Assembly: GCA_963763125.1 (NCBI GenBank)
Contig: CAVXMV010000005.1
Span: forward strand, 1,609,739-1,673,738
Reading direction: 5' to 3'
Length of the DNA stretch: 64,000 nt
Origin: an uncultured Chloroflexia bacterium
GTDB taxonomy: Bacteria; Chloroflexota; Chloroflexia; Thermomicrobiales; UBA6265
Below the pieces are notes generated by a model that saw only the letters and a program-made list of their open reading frames with translations, searched no databases and was not told the origin of the DNA. How positions within the stretch are numbered: the stretch's first letter is position 1; every line of letters begins with the position of its first letter. The translations under genes were made by a program, and so were the position numbers. Shown piece by piece: positions 16,871-26,628 of the stretch.

Positions 16871-18574
16871 TCAGTCTTCGATCACGATCGTGGCCTGATC
16901 GCTGACGACGCCGTCGATCGAGATCACGACCTCGTAGGTGCCAGGTTCCAGCGGGCCGCGATCCGTGTTGCGCATTCGCGCGGTTTCGGTATCGCTTGCT
17001 TCCGAGCCCCACGCCTCAGGATCGGAGGCGAACACAAGATCGCCTTCCAGATACCATTCGGCCTGCCAGATGCTACCCTCGGTCATGTCCGTGAACGCGA
17101 TGTCTGCATACAGGGTTACGACCTCGCCGGTGATCACATTGTCGTCCGAGGGCAGGAGTTCCGCTCCGTCCGCGTCCTTGCCCCGGAAGCTCACGCTGTC
17201 GACATTGGTGGCAAGGGCGACGTCGATGTCCTCGCTGGCAACCATCTTGCCCCCGGTCTCCACTTCCACGCGATAGGTACCCGGATCGAGGAATGGAATT
17301 TCCTCATCTTCCTTGATCTCGAGCGTGGCGCAGGCGATCGGGTTCCAGGCATCGTCCCAAACAAACTCAGTGATCAGGTACACCTCGTCGTTGAGGTACC
17401 AGGTCGAGGTTCCTTCCTGGCCATCCTGGATCGTGAGGTTCTCGAAGCATGCTTCAAGCAGGTGCACGTTTTCGTACGAATCCAGGGTGTCGCCGGCCTC
17501 GTCGTACGCGGTGAAGGTAATCTCTCCAACCGGAGGACCATCCGCGTTGCCCGGATCCGGTGTTTCGTCCGGGGTTTGGGTCGGATCGTCCGGCGTTCCC
17601 GAATCCGCAGTCGCCACCACCGGGAATGTTTCGCCGGTTGCCGCTTCCGCGAAGGCGCGGGCGAGATTGCTTGGAATCAGGATGCCGTAGTTGCCACCAA
17701 GACCGATGCAGCCCTGGTCGTTGGTGTCGATCACGCCATCGTTATTGGTGTCTCCGGGGCGGCAATCGGAAATGGTGGCCTGGGTCGGGATACCGACGAA
17801 CAGCCCCTGGCTGTTGACGGCGGTGCCGCCACTGTTGCCGCCGGAAATCGTGGCGTCGGTGTAGATCCAGGGCACGCCGAAGCCGTTGTCTCCCCAGCCA
17901 CTGAAGATGCCTTCGCTGACGCGGCGGCTGATGCCGGCGTTGGCCGGATACCCGATCAGGATGATCTTTTCCGGTTCCCGGAGCGCGTCCGAATCGCCGA
18001 ACTCTACGAACGGGAACGGGTTGCGGCGAGTGCTGACGCGGGAACCGTCCAAATGTTCCGTAATCTTGATAACCGCCAAATCCTCCAGCAACGAGGAGTC
18101 CTCGATCAGTTCGGAACGGTACGCCTCGCCGGGATTACCCTTTTCGTCCGGCGTCCAGACCGTTTTCGTGAACTCTGCGGTGCCCTTGCCGCGCGGCGCC
18201 TGATCCTCGCAATAGTTGCGGAATTCCCTTGGCATTCGGCCATCGTCGACGACATGGTGATTGGTCAGGATATATCCATCCTCGGAGATGATCGTGCCAC
18301 TGCCAACGGAGACATCGAGCACCGTTTCCTCGTCCAGCATGCAGAGGAACGGTTCAATATCCTCATCATCCGGCGTGACCTGGATATTGGTCATGATCCG
18401 GACGGACGCCTGAAGCACGTTCTCCGGCAAACCCGATGTGGCCCCCTGGGCCGCTGCGGACGAACCGAGCAGTGGCTGCAGCAGCGACGCCAGCATCAGG
18501 ATCGCGATCACACGTGTTGCCAGGGTGCGTCGCCGATCAGGGGCAATTCGAAGGAACGATGTTTGGGCAGTCAT
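16871..18574 (-). CDS. Secreted trypsin-like serine protease (S1 family) with two C-terminal repeat modules
   Basis: It has the signal-like N-terminus RVIAILMLASLLQPLLGSSAAAQG. Catalytic contexts are ILTNHHVV, DLAVIKI and GGNSGGTAVN. The C-terminal half has two ~100-aa modules ending in DPGTYRVEV and EPGTYEVVI. Confidence 0.85.
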   Translation of the reverse strand: MTAQTSFLRIAPDRRRTLATRVIAILMLASLLQPLLGSSAAAQGATSGLPENVLQASVRIMTNIQVTPDDEDIEPFLCMLDEETVLDVSVGSGTIISEDGYILTNHHVVDDGRMPREFRNYCEDQAPRGKGTAEFTKTVWTPDEKGNPGEAYRSELIEDSSLLEDLAVIKITEHLDGSRVSTRRNPFPFVEFGDSDALREPEKIILIGYPANAGISRRVSEGIFSGWGDNGFGVPWIYTDATISGGNSGGTAVNSQGLFVGIPTQATISDCRPGDTNNDGVIDTNDQGCIGLGGNYGILIPSNLARAFAEAATGETFPVVATADSGTPDDPTQTPDETPDPGNADGPPVGEITFTAYDEAGDTLDSYENVHLLEACFENLTIQDGQEGTSTWYLNDEVYLITEFVWDDAWNPIACATLEIKEDEEIPFLDPGTYRVEVETGGKMVASEDIDVALATNVDSVSFRGKDADGAELLPSDDNVITGEVVTLYADIAFTDMTEGSIWQAEWYLEGDLVFASDPEAWGSEASDTETARMRNTDRGPLEPGTYEVVISIDGVVSDQATIVIED

Positions 18575-19145
18575 CTCTCTCGTCTCGTTAGCGCGATCCC
18601 GGCATGAGGCGGTATGCCTCGCGCCAGGGGATTACCAATACAGTGGGCACCGGAGCCCCGGGGTACCGAATGGGTCATGAGCACCAGGGCGGACCGGACA
18701 GCTACGCGGCACGTCCGATTCGTCCCGGCCGATCGGTTGCTGCCCAATCGGCGAGCGCCGGATTTGGCCCAAACGAATAAACGGGCTATCCCGGAGTGTC
18801 GCGAACCCTGGAACCTGGGATTCCTGTATGAGACGACACTACGCGCCATTTTGTTCCATGTCGAGTACATTCGGCCACCATGACGTTGCGCTCTCGGCGG
18901 ACGGTGTTGGGCCGGGTGACCATCGCACTCCAAATTGATCGATCACGCTAAATCGAATGTTGTGCAGGTGTCATTCGCCCAGGTTGGCCGTCACAAGCGC
19001 GGCCACTACCAGCGGAGATCGGGACTCATGTGGATTCCTGGAGGTGAATGTGATTCATTGACGCTTTCTTGCACAGAAGGTGCAAGGTTGCGGATCTCTC
19101 CCGATTTGCTTGTGATGCGATTCGATCTGGCGAGGACGACACTAC

Positions 19146-19173
19146 TTGCCTCAACCCCCTCCTGCTATACAAT
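19146..19173 (+). promoter_or_regulatory. Candidate promoter upstream of the nitroreductase array
   Basis: TTGCCT, 16 nt, TACAAT lies ~85 nt upstream of the 19260 start. This rests on a motif match only. Confidence 0.3.
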
Positions 19174-19259
19174 GTAAAGTCATGAACCAGTCGAGCCGTC
19201 CGGACGCAACCGCGCTCCATCGAGCGGGGGCGGACGGTACTGAGCCCAGGAGGGCAACC

Positions 19260-19811
19260 ATGACCTCACGCACCACGTATCCCGAAGCCGTCGAACAGAT
19301 GAAGAAGGTTCGCCAGGCCCGGAAGTATGAAGACCGGCCAGTTACCGACGACACCCTGAATTCCCTACTCGAGATCGCCCAGTGGACCGGCAGTTCCCGC
19401 AATACCCAGCCCTGGCACTTCGTGGTCGTCACGGACAAGGCCCAGCTCAAGGACATCAGTCAGATTCGGACGCCCATCAACTGGGTTGCTGATGCACCGC
19501 TCGCCATCGCGATCGTGCTCAATGGCAAGAGCACGGTCAGCGAGGCGTACGATGAAGGCCGGGTCACGGAGCGCCTGCTGGTTGCGGCCCGCCTGCTCGG
19601 GCTCGGTGGCGGCACAGCCTGGTTCGGCGACGACGACCAGCAGGCCCGTGGCAAGGAAATCCTCGGCATCCCGGCCGATCGCACGGCGCGCTCGGTGGTT
19701 GTGCTCGGTTACCCCAGCCAGTTTAAGGATCACCGCCCGAATCCGGCCCAGGCCGGTCGCCACCCGCTCAGGAAAATCGTCAGCTACGGAAAGCTCGACG
19801 GCAACGCCTAG
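19260..19811 (+). CDS. Nitroreductase family protein (paralogue 1)
   Basis: The start MTSRTTYPEAV is preceded by AGGAGGG. VRQARKYEDRPVTDDTLNSLLEIAQWTGSSRNTQPWHFVVV is the canonical nitroreductase N-terminal motif. Confidence 0.85.
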   Translation: MTSRTTYPEAVEQMKKVRQARKYEDRPVTDDTLNSLLEIAQWTGSSRNTQPWHFVVVTDKAQLKDISQIRTPINWVADAPLAIAIVLNGKSTVSEAYDEGRVTERLLVAARLLGLGGGTAWFGDDDQQARGKEILGIPADRTARSVVVLGYPSQFKDHRPNPAQAGRHPLRKIVSYGKLDGNA

Positions 19812-19994
19812 CCTAAGCGGTTTCCCGTAACGTTGGTGTCACCAACCCGTAAGAGGCTGCGTCCAGTGGGGCTGCCTGGCGCCTGTATTTCCGGGCGCCA
19901 ATTCGCCATTGGGCCACATCGCCGCCGGGTAACGTGGGGAGCCAATGGCCGAGACGGCCATTCACACGAATCAATGTGCAGAGGTATCAGCATC

Positions 19995-20558
19995 ATGGCC
20001 AGCGCCACGCCAGCAAACGACTACATCGTCTTTTTGAAAACACTCCGCCAATCGCGAGCCTTTCTCGACACACCGGTTCCCCAGGAGACCATCGACGACC
20101 TGCTCGAGGTCGCCCGCTGGACCGGCAGCGCCAAGAACACCCAGCCCTGGGAGTTCATCGTGGTCGATGATCCTGCCATCAAACAGGAACTCTCCGAAGC
20201 GGGGATGTTTACCCAGTTCCTCGCGCATGTCGCCGTCGCCATCGTGATCGTGCTCGATGGCAAGGCGCCGCGCAGCGAGGCCTACGACGAGGGACGTGTT
20301 TCCGAGCGGATCATGCTCGCCGCTCGTCACCTTGGTCTCGGCAGCGGCACTGGCTGGTTCAGCGGCGATGAATCCCAGGCCAAGGTACGGCAGATGCTGG
20401 GCATTCCAGCTGACCGCCATGTGTGGTCGGCGGTTGGCGTCGGCTATGTCGATGAGACGGCCCCGCAGCGGTCCGCATCGCTGCAGGGTGGCCGCAAGCC
20501 ACTCGATGAGATCGTTAGCTACGGTCGCTACGGCGCGCGAACCCACGAAACGAGGTAG
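19995..20558 (+). CDS. Nitroreductase family protein (paralogue 2)
   Basis: MASATPANDYIVFLKTLRQSRAFLDTPVPQETIDDLLEVARWTGSAKNTQPWEFIVV is colinear with paralogue 1. Confidence 0.85.
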   Translation: MASATPANDYIVFLKTLRQSRAFLDTPVPQETIDDLLEVARWTGSAKNTQPWEFIVVDDPAIKQELSEAGMFTQFLAHVAVAIVIVLDGKAPRSEAYDEGRVSERIMLAARHLGLGSGTGWFSGDESQAKVRQMLGIPADRHVWSAVGVGYVDETAPQRSASLQGGRKPLDEIVSYGRYGARTHETR

Positions 20559-20702
20559 GCTCGAACGATCATGGCCTGGCCCCGTTGTCCGGACGATTGG
20601 TGACCAAATGGTGTGCCGCGTCGGGTAAACTTCGGGGCAAGGCTCCAACAATCGGAATGAGGGTTCCACACCACAGTTGAGGGGCCACGAGGCACCACCG
20701 TC

Positions 20703-21248
20703 ATGGCCAACACCGGGCACACCAACGATCGCGGCGCGTACCTGCAATCGCTGCGGCAATCTCGTCGATTCCTCGACAAGCCAGTCCCGCAGGAGATCAT
20801 CGCCGAGCTGGTTGAGGTTGCCCGCTCAACCGGGGACCGCGAGTCTGGATTGTCCCGCCAGTTCATGGTGGTCGACGATCTTGTCACCAAACACGCGCTG
20901 TCGGAGGTCGGATCCTTCACCAGTGTGCTGGCCACCGTGGCGGTGGCAATCGTGATCGTGGTCGATGGCGACTCCACCCCCAGCAAGGCGAACGACGAAG
21001 GGCGTGTGGCGGACAGAATCATGCTCGCTGCCAGCCGCCATGGATTGGGAAGCGCGACTGGGTGGTTTGGATCGGGCGATGCCCAGAAGCAGGCGCAAGC
21101 CATTCTCGGAGTTCCGCCGCATCTCCATGTCTGGGCGGCGGTGGGGATTGGCTATGTCGATGAATCCTCGCCCGGGGAATCATCTTCGCTGCAGCGCGCG
21201 CGCCGCTCGCTGGATGCCCTGGCCGGAGATCGCCAGGACGACGAGTAG
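20703..21248 (+). CDS. Divergent nitroreductase-family paralogue 3 (conserved N.QPW motif lost)
   Basis: It is colinear with paralogues 1 and 2 (LRQSRRFLDKPVPQEIIAELVEVARSTG...). WTGS..NTQPW.F is replaced by STGDRESGLSRQF. Confidence 0.7.
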   Translation: MANTGHTNDRGAYLQSLRQSRRFLDKPVPQEIIAELVEVARSTGDRESGLSRQFMVVDDLVTKHALSEVGSFTSVLATVAVAIVIVVDGDSTPSKANDEGRVADRIMLAASRHGLGSATGWFGSGDAQKQAQAILGVPPHLHVWAAVGIGYVDESSPGESSSLQRARRSLDALAGDRQDDE

Positions 21249-21459
21249 GGCCGCCGGGCTTCCACGCTGGATACCTGGCACCTTTCCTGAAACCATGTCT
21301 TGTGGTGACCGCCCTCGTGGCGGTCAATCGATACGGGCAGACTCCGCGCTGTGCTGCGCGCAGGCGCCAGAGTCTGCCCTGAGCGGAGTCGTCACGCTGG
21401 ATGCAGCCCTACATGGATCGGTTGCGATAGTAGCCAGGTTTGTGGTGGCCAATCGAGGC

Positions 21460-21490
21460 GGGCGGAGCACGCATCGCTGCGCTGCCGCAA
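21460..21490 (-). repeat. Inverted copy of the 31-nt core of the GTCATTC family
   Basis: gggcggagcacgcatcgctgcgctgccgcaa is the exact reverse complement of 5257-5287. Confidence 0.8.
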
Positions 21491-21668
21491 CCGTACAAGT
21501 TCCCCGCAAACAATCATTCCGCATTCCGATGTAACTACCGGCTCCTCCCCTTCTCCCGTACAGCGCATGTGTTTTCCTGCCTTCCACTCGGGAATGAGGT
21601 CAGGAAAACGGGCCCGGCGCCTTTCCTATCTCGAAAGTTTAGATATAAACTCAATTTTCCGAAAACCC

Positions 21669-21698
21669 TTGACAGGCACACACTTACTTGTTTATAGT
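21669..21698 (+). promoter_or_regulatory. Strong sigma-70-like promoter for the YceI gene
   Basis: TTGACA (21669-21674), 18 nt, TATAGT (21693-21698) sits in a locally AT-rich stretch. It lies ~100 nt upstream of the ATG at 21800. The leader contains the hairpin cgaaacgccgc-agc-gcggcgtttcg. Confidence 0.55.
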
Positions 21699-21799
21699 TG
21701 CTATCAAGATATTAGTTGATGGCACTCGCCGGGGGTCGGGGAGTAGCCAGCCGAAACGCCGCAGCGCGGCGTTTCGATTCGTATAAAGGAGCCAACACC

Positions 21800-22340
21800 A
21801 TGACCGATACCGCTACCAAGACCACCGTTTGGGCAATCGACACTGCCCACAGTTCCGTCGAATTCTCCGTCAAGCACCTGGTGTTCGCGACAGCCAAGGG
21901 CCGGTTCTCGGATGTGAAGGGCACGATCACAGTTCGACAACGAGAACATCGAGAACTCGAGCGTCGATATCGAAATCGGCGCCGCCAGTGTCCACACGAG
22001 TGAAGAGAAGCGCGATGCGCACCTCCGCTCTGCGGATTTCTTCGATGCGGAGAACTTCCCGACCCTGACCTTCAAGAGCACCAGCGTCGAAGCCAAGGGC
22101 GACGATCTCAAGGTGACCGGCGATCTCACGATTCGTGGCGTGACTAACCAGGTTGTGCTGGATGCCGAACTCAATGGCCAGGGCGCCAATCCGTGGGGCC
22201 AGCAGGTGCTGAGTTACACCGCTTCCACCAAAATCAACCGCACGGACTTCGGGCTCAACTACAATGCCGCCCTCGAGACCGGTGGAGTGCTCGTTGGCGA
22301 GCAGGTCAAGATCGCGATCGAAGTCGAAGCCAACGCCTAG
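21800..22340 (+). pseudogene. YceI-family (polyisoprenoid-binding) protein, one frame change
   Basis: MTDTATKTTVWAIDTAHSSVEFSVKHLVFATAKGRFSDVKGTIT reads in frame 2. FDNENIENSSVDIEIGAASVHTSEEKRDAHLRSADFFDAENFPTLTFKS...VKIAIEVEANA continues in frame 3 from ~21931 (one extra nucleotide). Confidence 0.8.
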
Positions 22341-22474
22341 GCGATTTCCACGGATCATGAAACCGATAGCGTATCGGAAGCGTAAATAATGACAAGAGGA
22401 TCGATTCCCCTGTCGATTCTCGACTCTTCCCATAAAGCGGTGAAGCACCATACTGCTTCCCACTCCCAATCCCG

Positions 22475-22512
22475 GAACAAGCCCGACCATGTGGTCGGGC
22501 TTGTTTTAGTTT
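22475..22512 (+). terminator. Rho-independent terminator after the YceI gene
   Basis: gaacaagcccgacc-atgt-ggtcgggcttgtt is followed by ttagttt. Confidence 0.75.
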
Positions 22513-22560
22513 GTCGCTTTTCTGATCGGCGTTCCCGGAACTGCTGGCTGGAGTGCCGCC

Positions 22561-23580
22561 TTACGGCCGCAGTACGATCTTGATCGCCGACGACGGGTCA
22601 TCGATCAATTGGGCGAACGAGGAATTGGTCTCTTCCAGCGATCGAACATCGACCCATGATGCGCTGTCCGGCAGAAACCCCGATGAGATCAGCCGAATCG
22701 AGGCGGTAAAGTTTGCCTGCGTATAGCAGAACGCCCCTTTGATCTCGATTTCGGAGCGAATGATGTAGTTGCCGGGCAGGCGTGTCTCGTCCTCGTGCAG
22801 CCCGATGAAGACCACCCGGCCCCCGGGGCGAACTGCCTGGATCGCCGCATTGCGCGTTACCGGCAGGCCGACGGCGTCGATCACGGCATCGCACCCCAAC
22901 TCGCCGGTGGCTTCCCGGACGACCTTGGCGACATCATCCTGGGCCGGATTGATCGCATGAGTCGCCCCCCATTGCAAGGCGAGGTCAAGCCGGTGCTGGG
23001 CAAGGTCGGAGATCATGATCTGGCTCGCTCCGGCCGCCCTGGCGACCAGCAGCGAGAGCAGTCCGATCGGCCCGGCGCCGAGGATGAGGACACTGCTTCC
23101 CGGCGAGACCCGCGCCAGCTCAACCGCTCGCAGCGCACAGGCGGTCGGCTCTACGAGCGTGCCGGTGATATCGTCGATCGAATCCGGCAGGTGATAGCAG
23201 GCCAGGGCCGGGACGGCGACGAACTCCGCAAACGCCCCCGGCCGATGCGCGCCAATCAACGTGCGGTTGAGGCACAGGTTCTCGAATCCAGACCGGCACA
23301 TCACGCAGTCGAGATCGGGAATCATCGGATTCACCGTCACACGATCCCCGGGTGCGAAACCCGTGACATCCGCCGCGCAGTCGACGACCGTGGCGCTGAA
23401 CTCATGGCCCATCACCAGGGGCGGCACCCGAAGACTGTTGTGGCCAAGGTATCCCGACAGCTCCGACCCACAGATCCCCACTGCCTCAACCTTGAGCAGC
23501 ACCTCGCCGCTGGCGGGGCTGGGGACGGCCTCTTCCGACACCTGGATATCATTCGGGCCAAGCCATACCGCAGATCGCAT
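22561..23580 (-). CDS. Zinc-dependent alcohol dehydrogenase (threonine/sorbitol dehydrogenase-like MDR)
   Basis: The likely start is MRSAVWLGPNDIQV (23580) within ORF 22561-23739. Motifs present are GICGSELSGYLG, VMGHEFSATV and the Rossmann ILGAGPIGLL. Confidence 0.85.
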   Translation of the reverse strand: MRSAVWLGPNDIQVSEEAVPSPASGEVLLKVEAVGICGSELSGYLGHNSLRVPPLVMGHEFSATVVDCAADVTGFAPGDRVTVNPMIPDLDCVMCRSGFENLCLNRTLIGAHRPGAFAEFVAVPALACYHLPDSIDDITGTLVEPTACALRAVELARVSPGSSVLILGAGPIGLLSLLVARAAGASQIMISDLAQHRLDLALQWGATHAINPAQDDVAKVVREATGELGCDAVIDAVGLPVTRNAAIQAVRPGGRVVFIGLHEDETRLPGNYIIRSEIEIKGAFCYTQANFTASIRLISSGFLPDSASWVDVRSLEETNSSFAQLIDDPSSAIKIVLRP

Positions 23581-23832
23581 TGCCGATTTCCTCCATATAA
23601 CGCTTGACCTGTCGCACATCCGTCGGTACGAACCCGGTCCCAGCGGTATTGAGGGCAGTGTAGAGCACTGAGGCCACGCTGTTGACCCCCATCTGCGGCG
23701 CTGATACGATCCGGCGAGCTGGAAAACCGAATGCATCAACCAATTCAGATCTCCCTCACCCCAAACCCCGATCCAGGAACAATCAGGCCCACCCGCCTTG
23801 GGGCATGTTTTGAGGTCTTACAGGAGTACCCA

Positions 23833-24729
23833 ATGCCTTCGCCGCCAGGTTCGCTTTTCGGAATTGTCCCCATACTTTTGACACCCTTCGATGAGGAGGG
23901 GGTGATCGACGAATCCAGCCTTCGGAACGAGGTCGATTTCGCGATCGACGCCGGTGTCCACGGTCTCGGGATTGCCCTGGGCAGCGAAGTATTCAAGCTC
24001 ACCGAAGCCGAGCGCGATCAGGTCACGACGATCGTGGTTGACCAGACGCGCGATCGGGTGCCGGTTGTCGTGAACACCGGTGCGGCGGCCACCGACCTCG
24101 CGGTGTTCTACAGCAAGCGGGCCCGGGATCTCGGGGCGAACGGCGTGATGTGTACGCCCCCAGGCCCCGGGTTTTCTGCCCGGGAGGTAGTGAGTTATTT
24201 CAGGGCGATCTCCGACGCAATAGACATTCCCATCGTGATCCAGGACACCAACGCGACTCCTGTGCCGGCCTCGCTCATCCTCGCCATCGGCGAATCGTGC
24301 GCGAATGCTACCTACGCCAAGGTGGAAAGCACGCCTCCCGCCAATCAGGTCTACAACGCGGTGCAGGCGGCTGGCGAAAGGATGCACATCTTCGGTGGCG
24401 CCGGTGGCGGGCAATTCCTGCAGGAGCTGCGGCGCGGTTCAGTGGGGACGATGCCGTTCCCAACCAGTTCCAGGGCATTTGTCGAAGTGTGGGATCTGTG
24501 GCACGCCGGTGATATCGCCACGGCCAAAACGGTCTTCGATCAACGGATCATGCCACTCCTGAACATCAGCGTTGGCACCCTGGGAGGAGCGCATATCGTT
24601 CACAAGCTGGCCCTGCAGCGACAGGGCGTGATCCGGAGCGCCTACGTTCGCCCGCCGATCGACGAGCTGGACCCAATCACCCGTGAGGAACTGGAGGAAG
24701 CATTCGCCCAGCTTGGATGGAATGCGTAG
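23833..24729 (+). CDS. Dihydrodipicolinate synthase (DapA)/N-acetylneuraminate lyase family aldolase
   Basis: The likely start is MPSPPGSLFGIVPILLTPFDEEG. The class I aldolase family pattern LLTPF...GVHGL...TEAER is present. Confidence 0.8.
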   Translation: MPSPPGSLFGIVPILLTPFDEEGVIDESSLRNEVDFAIDAGVHGLGIALGSEVFKLTEAERDQVTTIVVDQTRDRVPVVVNTGAAATDLAVFYSKRARDLGANGVMCTPPGPGFSAREVVSYFRAISDAIDIPIVIQDTNATPVPASLILAIGESCANATYAKVESTPPANQVYNAVQAAGERMHIFGGAGGGQFLQELRRGSVGTMPFPTSSRAFVEVWDLWHAGDIATAKTVFDQRIMPLLNISVGTLGGAHIVHKLALQRQGVIRSAYVRPPIDELDPITREELEEAFAQLGWNA

Positions 24730-24760
24730 CCGATAGCACGACCAACGGAGTCATCACCGC

Positions 24761-25929
24761 ATGAAAATCACGGACATCACGATTACTTCATTCCGGACCC
24801 ATGTCGATCGCTACCAGAACGCCACACCGTTGCCAAAGACGGAGATCATCCAGACCCTGACCACGATCGAGACCGACGAAGGCGTGGTCGGGCGCTATCT
24901 TGGCGGACAGGGGCACGGCGACCAGGACGGCATGGGATCGGCCAGTTGCGAGTTCATCCTGACCAGGATCAGGGATATGCTGGTCGGCCAGAACCCGTTC
25001 GACCGCGAGAAATTCTGGCACTGGATGTGGGTTTCCAAAACGCCCGAGAACGTGATGGGCGTGATCGACATGGCGTTGTGGGATCTCGCCGGAAACCATG
25101 CCGGGATGCCGGTTTACCAGATGCTCGGAGGCTATCGCGACAAGGTCAAGGCCTATGCGAGCACCTATCCCAACATGGGCTCGATCCAGAACTATGTGGA
25201 TCACGCAATCGCCTGTCGGGAGCGGGGATACCAGGCGTACAAAATCCACCCGTACTACTTCTGGAACCCGGATACCAATCAGCCAGCCCCGGGCCGGCCC
25301 TCCCACATCAAGCACGATATCGAGCTGATCCATGCGGTGGCGGATGCCGTCGGGGACGAGATGGTCCTCATGTACGACCCCTGGGGTACCTATCACACCG
25401 TGGAGGAGGCGCTCCGGGTTGGCCGCGAACTCGAAAAGCGGAACTACTACTGGTACGAGCACCCGATGCCGGAAGAGCGGGTCGATGCGTACCAGCGGCT
25501 GAGCGACGAGTTGACCATTCCCATCTGCTCACCCGAGATTCTCGCGGGGCATGTCTTCACCCGGGCCGACTGGGTGAAGCGGGGGGCTGCCGACATCAGC
25601 CGGATCGATGTGCTGCGGGGTGGGATCACCGCCGTCAAGAAGACGGTCAATGTCTGCGAGGCGTACGGGGTCAAATGCGAAATCCACATGAGTGGAATCG
25701 GCAACCTGCACGTCCTCGGCTCGTCCTCGGAAGACACCTGCGAGTACTACGAACGGGGCTTGCTGGCGCCCGGGGTGGACTACGAGGCGAAGCTGCATAC
25801 CTCGAAGCGGCGCTTGATCCCATGGATGACGAGGGCTTCGTTCACCTGCCGACCACACCGGGGCTCGGCTACAGCTTCGTCTGGGATTACATCACGGACA
25901 ATCTCATCGCACCTGCGGGACATAATTGA
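24761..25929 (+). pseudogene. Enolase-superfamily enzyme (MR/MLE family), frame change near the 3' end
   Basis: Frame 2 reads MKITDITITSFRTHVD...YYERGLLAPGVDYE. The conserved tail ...YLEAALDPMDDEGFVHLPTTPGLGYSFVWDYITDNLIAPAGHN-stop lies in frame 1 from ~25788 (one missing nucleotide). Confidence 0.75.
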
Positions 25930-25955
25930 GATGCGGGTGAATGGGAGATCAAGTC

Positions 25956-26096
25956 GAAAACGCGACGTGGTTATTTTGGGGTGCAAAAATACAAAAAGTC
26001 TGGTCGGCCGTGAAAATGGTTGATGCGACGTGGTTTTTGGGGTCGGAGTTTTTGCGGAACGGGACCGCAATAACCCGCAAAAAGTCTGCAAAAACC
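25956..26096 (+). repeat. Repeat family D: one full copy (25956-26000) plus an adjacent degenerate copy (26023-26096)
   Basis: gaaaacgcgacgtggttattttggggtgcaaaaatacaaaaagtc is followed by gcgacgtggtttttgggg...cgcaaaaagtctgcaaaaac. A partner copy lies inverted at 5542-5586. Confidence 0.7.
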
Positions 26097-26203
26097 CTCA
26101 ACCGAGCGATATGACGCGACAATGGTGGGGTACCCAGCCCACGTTACCGGTTAATCGAACGCAATGGGCGCGGAAATGTGCGCCGCGAGGCGTTCCCGGG
26201 ATC

Positions 26204-26232
26204 GGGGAGGACACGCGTGTCCTCCTGTACGG
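26204..26232. repeat. Palindromic repeat family C
   Basis: ggggaggacacgcgtgtcctcctgtacgg compares with tgggaggacacacgggtcctcccgtacg at 29168-29195. Confidence 0.7.
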
Positions 26233-26270
26233 TGACCGATATGAATCCCAATTGGGCGGACGATAGGAAT

Positions 26271-26305
26271 GGCCGCCACATCCAGCGGGGCAGGACGGCC
26301 ACTAC
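26271..26305. repeat. Repeat family B (GGCCGCCACATCCAGCGGG.CAGG.CGGCCACTAC)
   Basis: It matches the reverse complement of 41199-41238. A partial copy lies at 58482-58503. Confidence 0.7.
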
Positions 26306-26628
26306 CGGGCGAGGCGTCGTTCCCGGTTGACCCGCTACGCTGCCAGGCCCTCCCCTGCGCCCAGGTGCGCAATGTGTTTCAATTGAGGTGTCAGCCTCTA
26401 CGCAATCGCGTGTATTCGCCCGATCGCGTCTTCTCAGCATTCGGCATCGCTTGAAACCGATTTCCGTATGCAGCCGTTTATGGAAGTGATGGACGGCCCG
26501 CGATCAGGGATGGATCGCTGTGCCCCACTTCCCCGTGCTAGCATGTACGTTCACAATGGCATGGCGTTTCTGCTCTTCCAGGCACCTGACCGAACGCCAC
26601 GCCCCACCCTCCTCAAGGATGCTCACGC

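Noticed and set aside
18575-19145. 570-bp ORF-poor spacer between the protease and the nitroreductase array, examined for a tRNA, ncRNA or gene remnant
   Set aside because: No tRNA-like T-arm (GGTTCGAAT-type) or known riboswitch core is visible. The short ORFs have non-protein-like composition. It may simply be promoter or leader DNA, and I cannot support a feature here.
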